The position numbers and the translations under genes are program-made. A stretch of 64,000 nucleotides of DNA from the NCBI GenBank assembly GCA_019828565.1, contig JAHDYR010000017.1, forward strand, positions 249,361 to 313,360, read 5' to 3'. Of this stretch, positions 57,322 to 64,000 are shown in pieces (positions within the stretch are counted from its first letter, which is position 1; each line of letters starts with the position of its first letter). This DNA comes from Carpediemonas membranifera BICM (lineage: Eukaryota > Protista > Fornicata). The notes beneath the pieces were generated by a model, which had not been told where the DNA came from, made no database searches, and worked only from the letters and a program-made list of their open reading frames with translations.

Positions 57322-60300
57322 ATGGCGCAGGGTTCGGATCCGCCGGATCCGACGGCAACACGCTTAGATAAGCTAGAAGCTTCAATCAATTCCATGTCCG
57401 AAGCCCTGAACAGGCTTGCTCCTCCGCCTCCGCCAGAGAAAGAACCTGACGACGAAATGCTCGAAAGTTCCACCGTTGCTAGGTTCAATACCTCCGAATC
57501 GTTGGAGGAGGACACGATGGAGGACATAGATGCAACTCTGGCAGAGATGGACACCTTCTCGGAGTTACCAAGCAAGAGACCTCTCAAGGCAGAAGCGAAG
57601 TGGCTTCAACGCGTTGTCGTGATCACTAGTGCTCTCCCAGATTCCGCGACGAAACAACGTCTTCTTCTCGAACTACAGGCTCGTAGAATGGTCCTAGACC
57701 TCAAAGATGATAACTGGTCCGATGCCACGACCGAGCTGTTTCAGGACCTCTTCAACAGCACAGAAAGCAAGAGCAGCCGCACCATCGCTTACTGCGCAGC
57801 GAAGGCCCGCTCTAAGGGCAGGCGTAAGGACACCAGCGGTAACATGGGGGGTTTCACAAGAAGAAGAGAACATAACAACCTCTGTTCATCAATTCCCGTC
57901 GATGAACGCGAGGTGGTGGTTATGGGAAAGGCTCGGCGCCTCGGACGAGGTGGTCGGCTGGCTCCGTCACGGCGTACCTATCAAGCTAACAGGCACTCCC
58001 CCGCCACCCACGCCACAACGGCGCCTGGACCCACGGCTCACCCCAAAGCTCGACGAGATGGTCCGACTTGGCGTGATCTCACCCTGTACCAGCGGGCAAC
58101 TCCGGCACAGTGCCCCGCTCTTCGCGGTTGCAAAGGGCGAGCACGATGTCCGCCCGGTACACGACCTACGCGACCTCAACGCAATCACTGCGGAGACGCG
58201 GGTCTTCCGGCTCTTCGGCCTAAAACGAGCAGTGCGCAACCTCAAGCGCAACGACTTCATGCTCAAGATCGACTTAGCCTCCGGCTACCACCAGATGGGT
58301 GTGGCTCCGACCGACTCCACGCTACTGGGGATCGTCCTCCCGAACGGGCAGGCGTACAGATACAACACACTAGGGTTCGGCTGGACCGCTGCCCCGTTCG
58401 TGTTCCAGTCTACGTCCATCCAGCTAGCAAAGATACTCGCGAACCGCTTCAACGTGACAATAGCGGTGTACCTCGACGACTTTCTCATCTCACATCGGTC
58501 ACGTCGCCACTAGCAGACGCCGCTCCCCAAATAGTCGCGCTCATGAGGTCGCTGGGAGCTATCCCAGGGCTCAACAAGTGCATCCTAACTCCCACACAAC
58601 GCCTGGAGTACCTAGGAGTCACCATCAACACAGCCGCCGAGACACTGCAGATTTCCAAGGACAGAGCCGATCGCTATGCAACATCAATCGAGCAGGCCCT
58701 CAGGGCCGGCAGGATCGATGCAACCGAGTGGCAACGCCTACTAGGCCGCCTCTCGTTCTTCGCAAGTACGACACAGTTCGCCAGGCTCCAGCTCAGATCA
58801 CTCCAGGCCCTACATCCCGCCCCGACGCTTCACATCTCGCAGCAGATGCGTCGCCAGCTCAACAGCTGGCTAGCGCTGCTCAGAGATCGTCCATCCAGAC
58901 CCTTCGCTCAGGCCAGGGCAGACTGGGAGATCAAGGACGAACTCCAGCTCTCGGTCGCATCCGACGCGTCCTCCTTCGCGTGGGGCGCCTGCCTATTCAA
59001 CGGCGACCAGGGCCGCTCGGCTCAAGGCCGCTTTCCTCCCGAGTTCCGAGACTCTCATATCGGAGTCAAGGAGCTCTACGCGATTGGCCAGGCTATCAAG
59101 CTCACCCCAACCCAGCGCACCAGGACCCAACTAGCTATCTTTTCGGACAACACCGCGGCCATCGCATGGGTCAACCGCCAGGGCTCCCCATGTCTCGCCG
59201 ACACGGCCATTCGACTCCTGCAGGATATCTTCACCACGGCGAACACGAAGAATGTCGATATTCACTGCTTCCATATCGCAGGGCACCTCAATGTCCAGGC
59301 GGACCGGCTGTCGAGATTCGCAAAGCTCGATTGGCACTCACCCCGCGAGGTACTCGAGACGATAATGGCCAAGTGGGGTCCGGCGGAGATAGACGTCACT
59401 GCATCTCCGGACAAGAAGCTCGCACTGCCAGGATTCGTCAGGAAAGCTTGGTCCCTCGACGATCACGGCTTCCAGCGCTCCTGGACCGGCGCCAGGATCT
59501 ATCTGGCTCCGCCGACAGCGCTTTTGGGAGCGGCACATCGTCGTCTGGAGAAGATTCGGACGCCTCAGACCCCGACTACGTCCCCTCGGACGTGGAGGTC
59601 AGCGGCAATACTCCTCTTCCCCGATCTCAACTCACCCGAAGTCAGAGCGCTGAAACGGCTGTCCCAACACAAGATGTATCTCAGAGTCCACTCCTCGCAC
59701 ATGCTCAACACGGAGCTATCCTGGACCGAGAGGCAAGGAAAGATCAGAATGATTGCGATGATCGTCAAGACCCGTTCGACGAACTCCTCCGCCACGACAG
59801 GCTATCTCACTTCCGAAACGAGTCATCGCGCCGCTCAGCGGCTGGCTGGGTCTCTAAGTTCGTCCTATCGCGACAGGCAGCCCTCTCCGACGCCGAACAA
59901 CTCAGAGCATTCCTCCTCGCCGAGGGCGAGACCACTGGCCCGCAGAGTATCCACAGAAAGGGCTACTGGATCTGTCAAGCGGCTCCACTCGTCTCCAACT
60001 GGCGACCTCCGCCAGAAGCCAGGCAGATCATCAAGAGTGCGGAGAACGTAGCATCTCTCGACGGCCTAACAGGAGGCGCACTACCGGTGACCAGAGCCCA
60101 GGTCCGCAAGGTCGTCGACAGGCGACGCTCCTCACCGAAAGCGTTCCAGGTAGCGCTGTTCGCTGCACTTACATTCATCTCAGTCAGCCGGGGAGGCGAG
60201 ATCTTCGGCCTGACGAGAGGCGACATCTCTTTCGATGAACAGGGCAACGCTATGCTCTGGTTCCCCCGCACCAAGACGGCCACGGGTATCCATAAGCTTA

Positions 60301-60677
60301 TTCCTAACAGGTCATGGGACCGCTTCAACCCGGCAAGAGCCCTCAAGGCCTGGGTCCCAACTGCGACGCGACACAATTCCGACTCGATCTGGCGCATGAT
60401 CGGTCCATCGGGAGGTATATCACTCACGTGTCCACTTGCAGCGTCCACCCTCCGCACATGGATCCACAGCGCCTTCGGCCCGAGCGTTTCATGGCACTCC
60501 TTCCGCAAGGGGGCAGCTACTGAGCTGGCAGTGGCCAACACAAACACGGAGGTCCTCCTTTCAATGGGCACGTGGTCATCTACGAAGAGCATGCTGAGGT
60601 ACATGGGTAACGGGGTACGCACCCATCCAGGGGTCCAGGGTCACCTGGCCTCAATTCTACTACAACCACCACTCTAA
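57322..60677 (+). CDS. Second full copy of the gag/RT-RH-MT/YR ORFs with a 1-bp deletion near 58510
   Basis: GCCACCTAGC (54531-54540) versus GCCACTAGC (58506-58514) swaps the two frames. Confidence 0.88.
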
Positions 60678-61209
60678 ATCACGACGGGAGTCGTGGGGCA
60701 GTGACGATTAGCACGGTACCGACATTCTTGGACGCGAACCCACGAGGGGTTGGTCGGGGGGCCCACTTGCGTGCCTGTGGGCCAACCATTGTTAGCACGT
60801 TGCCGGCGGGATATCCCCGTTGGTTAATGAAAAGAATGTCATGAGGCTAGGATAGCTAGCTGGCGCTACATCGTCAGTAAGGTTACCTCGGGTAACGGGC
60901 CCGGAGCGGAGGGCGATGCGATAGCCTCACTCCGGGCAAAAGGTGTTTCGCCGGTCAGGCGAGTCACGCAGTTTATGCGGACAGAATGGCGCAAGGTTCG
61001 GATCCGCCGGATCCGACGGCACGGTACCAGTTACGACTGGTATACTCCTTCTCCCTCGGTAAGCGGAGAGGACTTCACGTTTAACTTACACTAGCTTCCT
61101 CGTTAACATTGTGTAAATTAAGCGCCCCCCCCGTTGGTTAATGAAAAGAATGTCATGAGGCTAGGATAGCTAGCATGGCCAGTTATCGATAGCAACGGAC
61201 GGAAAAGGT

Positions 61210-61290
61210 CGACACCGATGGGATTTGAACCCATGCTCCCAAGGGAAATGGCTTTCGAAACCATCGCCTTAACCACTCGGCCACAGTGTC
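61210..61290 (-). tRNA. tRNA-Ser(CGA)
   Basis: GACACTG/CGGTGTC acceptor stem, TGGCCGAGTGG A-box, ATGGT-TTCGAAA-GCCAT anticodon arm, long variable arm, GGTTCAAATCC B-box, G discriminator, followed by TTTT (Pol III terminator). Confidence 0.95.
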
Positions 61291-61560
61291 TATTGGCAAG
61301 GCCAGCGGAGCCAAAACTTCGGCGCGAGAGGTCGAGGATGATTCGATACGATCTCAAAGACGGGATCGTGCGTCTCATAAGGGCGGTTCAGTTGTTCAAG
61401 AGCGAACTGAAACCGCGGGGCAGCCTTGCTCCCGATCCCCTCCTTCGGAGGGTGACGCTCGGCATTACGTAAGGTCGAGCGAGGTAATTTACTCCGGCTT
61501 ACACAGAGATAGACCCGGGACGATGCGAGAACGCGACACAATAAATTACCTACCCCCCCC

Positions 61561-61879
61561 TGTGGGAATGGACGGAGTCTACCGGATCGTCAGCCTGTCT
61601 GACGGTGTTCACTCCGGAGGGTGACTCAGACAGGGTGTTAGGACACCGATATATTGCCTGCAACACCATGGGCGGCGAAGACCCTAATAGGCGACGCTAT
61701 GAAAGCGCTGAAGACGTATGGCCACATTTACTCCACCTGACTCAATCCTACCTGAAGGACTGACTTCTGGAGACTCGAACAGATGGCTGAAGAAACAACA
61801 CAGTGTGCCGGATGGCAGCAGAAAACTGGGAAATCCATTTACCTTAAAGTGCACTGGGAGTGAGGGAGATGCTGTGACA
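61561..61879 (-). repeat. Putative 3' LTR (~319 bp) of the right-hand chromovirus
   Basis: Minus strand: PPT AGGGGGGCAAGA, then TGTCAC.. to ..CCCACA. The far boundary is inferred; the partner LTR is outside the window. Confidence 0.5.
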
Positions 61880-64000
61880 TCTTGCCCCCCTAAGCCGAAG
61901 CTTATTGGCTCTAAGGTAAGCACGAGCGAGCGAGACTCCGGAGAGTGCAGTCGCCGGCTCATAGGTGGGTTCGTCGTAGCCTTCCCACTTCACCTTCAGT
62001 TCGAGGATGTCGTCCTTGACGCGGTGCTTGAGGATCTTCTCAACGATAAAAGTCTCCTCGTCTGAGGAAGCTAGCTGGCGGAGCTTGTTGAAGTGGTAGT
62101 TCACGTGGAACGGGAGCAGGTGATCCCGGTGGACGGTTGTGGTGGTGTTCGTGATGATGTCGGCGATAACGACGGCCTTGTGGTCGAGGATCTCGAGGAT
62201 CTTGTAGGGTCCCAGGTGACCGTGCAACTTGGGGGTCCTGTTGCGCTGTACGAGGACTAGGTCACCTGGCTTGAGCTCGGTCTCTGCGGTCTTTCCTTTG
62301 GCAGGCGCTTCTCGACAACCTTACGTTGCGTCTCCTCCCCCTTCTTGGAAAGGGACTTCAGGTGGTTAGTGAGGTTGTCTAGGTATTCACGATGGGAGGA
62401 TAGGATTGTCTCGGAAGCTGTAGGGTCAGTCGGGGCGAGTAGCCGGGCTCTAGTGGCGGACGGGTCCAAATGCTCGCCGTAAAGCATGCTGTGGGGGGTG
62501 AGGCCTGTGGCAGAGCAGATAGAAGTGTTCAGCAAAAGCTGAACGGCAGGGGAGAAGCCTGCTCCACTCGTCAAACTTGTTAAAGTTGAGCGTGAGGCAG
62601 CGGAGGTGCTTCATCACTTCGGCGTTACGGCGTTCAACAACGCCGTTGGACTGGGGATGATACGGGAGAGTGTGTTGTTCGGTGATCTCGGCATCAGACA
62701 GGAGGGCCTTGATCACGGCACCAGTGTACTCCGGCCCGTTGTCAGCCTTAATGGCGGCAGGGATGCCATGACGGCAGACAAGTTGTTGCCAGATGGCAGA
62801 GGCAGCGGCATCGGCAGTGTTCTCATCGCTGGCATATAACTCCGTGTACCTGGTGAACATATCAACAAGGACGAAGATGTACTTGCGGCCGAACATGTCT
62901 GCGGGGATGGGGCCTATGGTGTCAATGGCGACCGTGTGGAAAGGCTTATACACGGCCGTGGTCCCTAGGCTTGACTGAGCGAACTCAGAGAGTCTAGCCT
63001 TGAGACAGATCGGACAGGAGTGGACGTAGGCGGCGATCTCTTGAGTCGCGCTGACCCAGGTGTAGCCGTCATCGCGGAGGCGGGTGTACGTGGCTCTAGC
63101 TCCGTGGTGGCCACGGTGAGCGATGGCAATAAGCTCTTGGCGTAAGCCCTTCGTTTGATCACAGGTCGGGATCATGCAGGCTCCGTTCCGGCGTCGGAGA
63201 CCATCAGCGTCTACCGGCAGCTTGCTGATCTCCGGGTCCTCTCCTTGGAAGTGTGCCAGTCTGTCCTTGAACCGGGCATCGACAGATATGGCGGCGACGG
63301 GTTGGGCTGTAGTCTGGCCGTGGCCATACCGGCTGAGCGAATCAGCTATGACGTTATCCTTCCCGGGAACGTGTGTGATTTCAAAGTCGAAGTCGGCTAG
63401 CGTCAGACGCCAGCGGAGGATCTTGTCGTTCGTCGCGGACTTGTAGATCATGTAGATCAGATTACGGTGGTCTGTTCTGAGGGTTACATGCTTCACGCGC
63501 AGAAGGTGGGTGAGGGAGGGGTACGTGAAGGCGTATACGATGGCGAAAAGTTCCTGTTCGCAGGTAGCCCATCTGGTCTGGGTGGGGGTGAACGTATGAG
63601 AGAAATAGGCCAGCACTTGTCTGCCCGAGTTGTCGTTGGGAGTCTGGTAGAGTACACCTCCGGCTCCGACATTGGAAGCGTCGGTCTCGAGGGTCCAAGG
63701 AAGGGACAAGTCTGGGTGAGCGATGAAGAGGTCATCGGTGAAGAGGGACTTAAGGGTGTTGAAAGCCTCAGTCTCGGCTGGGCCGAAGCTGAAGACGGCG
63801 TCCTTCTCTAGGAGAGCGGTAAGGGGCTTGAACAGCTCATGGCGTTTCTCTGAGATGAATGAGGCTAAGAACTGGAACTTGCCGAGCACGGTCCTGAGCC
63901 CGTGGACATCAGTGGGGAGGGGAAGCTCTCGTAGGGCGCGGGTGCGCTCAGGGTCTACGTGAACTCCAGCCTTGTCGACAATGAAACCAACTATGGGGGG
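61880..64000 (-). CDS. pol: Ty3/gypsy chromovirus pol, 3' part (frameshifted), continuing beyond the window
   Basis: LETDAS, TDHRNL, ADSLSR, AHRGHHG..CPIC, IDTIGP, ADNG, VERRN, FIVEKILKHR..LKVKWEGYDEPTYEP. Confidence 0.93.

Larger units (their letters stand above)
52148..61174 (+). mobile_element. Tandem array (period 3,975 bp) of a PAT-like YR retrotransposon: partial copy 52148-52911, copy 53222-56886, complete copy 57197-61174 with split direct repeats
   Basis: Near-identical copies. A repeat (161 bp) at 53222, 57197, 60861; B repeat (46 bp) at 52866, 56841, 60815, 61129. The last copy reads A1-ORFs-B1-A2-X-B2. Confidence 0.93.

Noticed and set aside
57322-60051. 909-aa Gag-RT fusion as a genuine distinct protein
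   Set aside because: It arises from a 1-bp deletion relative to the sister copy and lacks the RT catalytic YLDD in that frame.
52148-61174. RT, tyrosine recombinase and Dam-like methylase read as a prophage, retron or DGR
   Set aside because: Domain order, overlapping frames, RNase H and split direct repeats match eukaryotic DIRS/PAT retrotransposons, and the context is eukaryotic.
1-64000. CRISPR array or rRNA genes
   Set aside because: No regularly spaced short repeats with unique spacers and no rRNA-like sequence seen.

Overview
Eukaryotic DNA, probably from a protist; the species cannot be determined from sequence alone. The window is almost entirely nested mobile elements. (1) 1-~12.7 kb: a decayed DDE transposase followed by a compact block of chromatin/signalling genes (GNAT, SET, CHAT/caspase-like, PHD, kinase). 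(2) A PAT/DIRS-type tyrosine-recombinase retrotransposon split by an 8.1-kb LINE with a 19-bp TSD. (3) Ty3/gypsy chromovirus pieces. (4) Two further diverged APE-RT LINEs. One of these hosts a complete 8,568-bp TIR transposon (CMC/Transib-like transposase, PHD cargo, captured PIWI-like fragment) and a complete gypsy element with 66-bp LTRs and no tRNA primer-binding site. (5) A 3,975-bp-period tandem array of a PAT-like YR retrotransposon ending next to tRNA-Ser(CGA), then another chromovirus. The most striking observation is that all three diverged LINE families carry in ORF1 a DEDDh nuclease with the Zn-binding E..CxxH..HC signature of Maelstrom / arenavirus-nucleoprotein exonucleases, with the putative catalytic residues retained. 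I interpret this as a possible retrotransposon-encoded anti-RNA-silencing enzyme. All domain calls are by motif recognition, not database search. Many single-base frameshifts may be sequencing errors.
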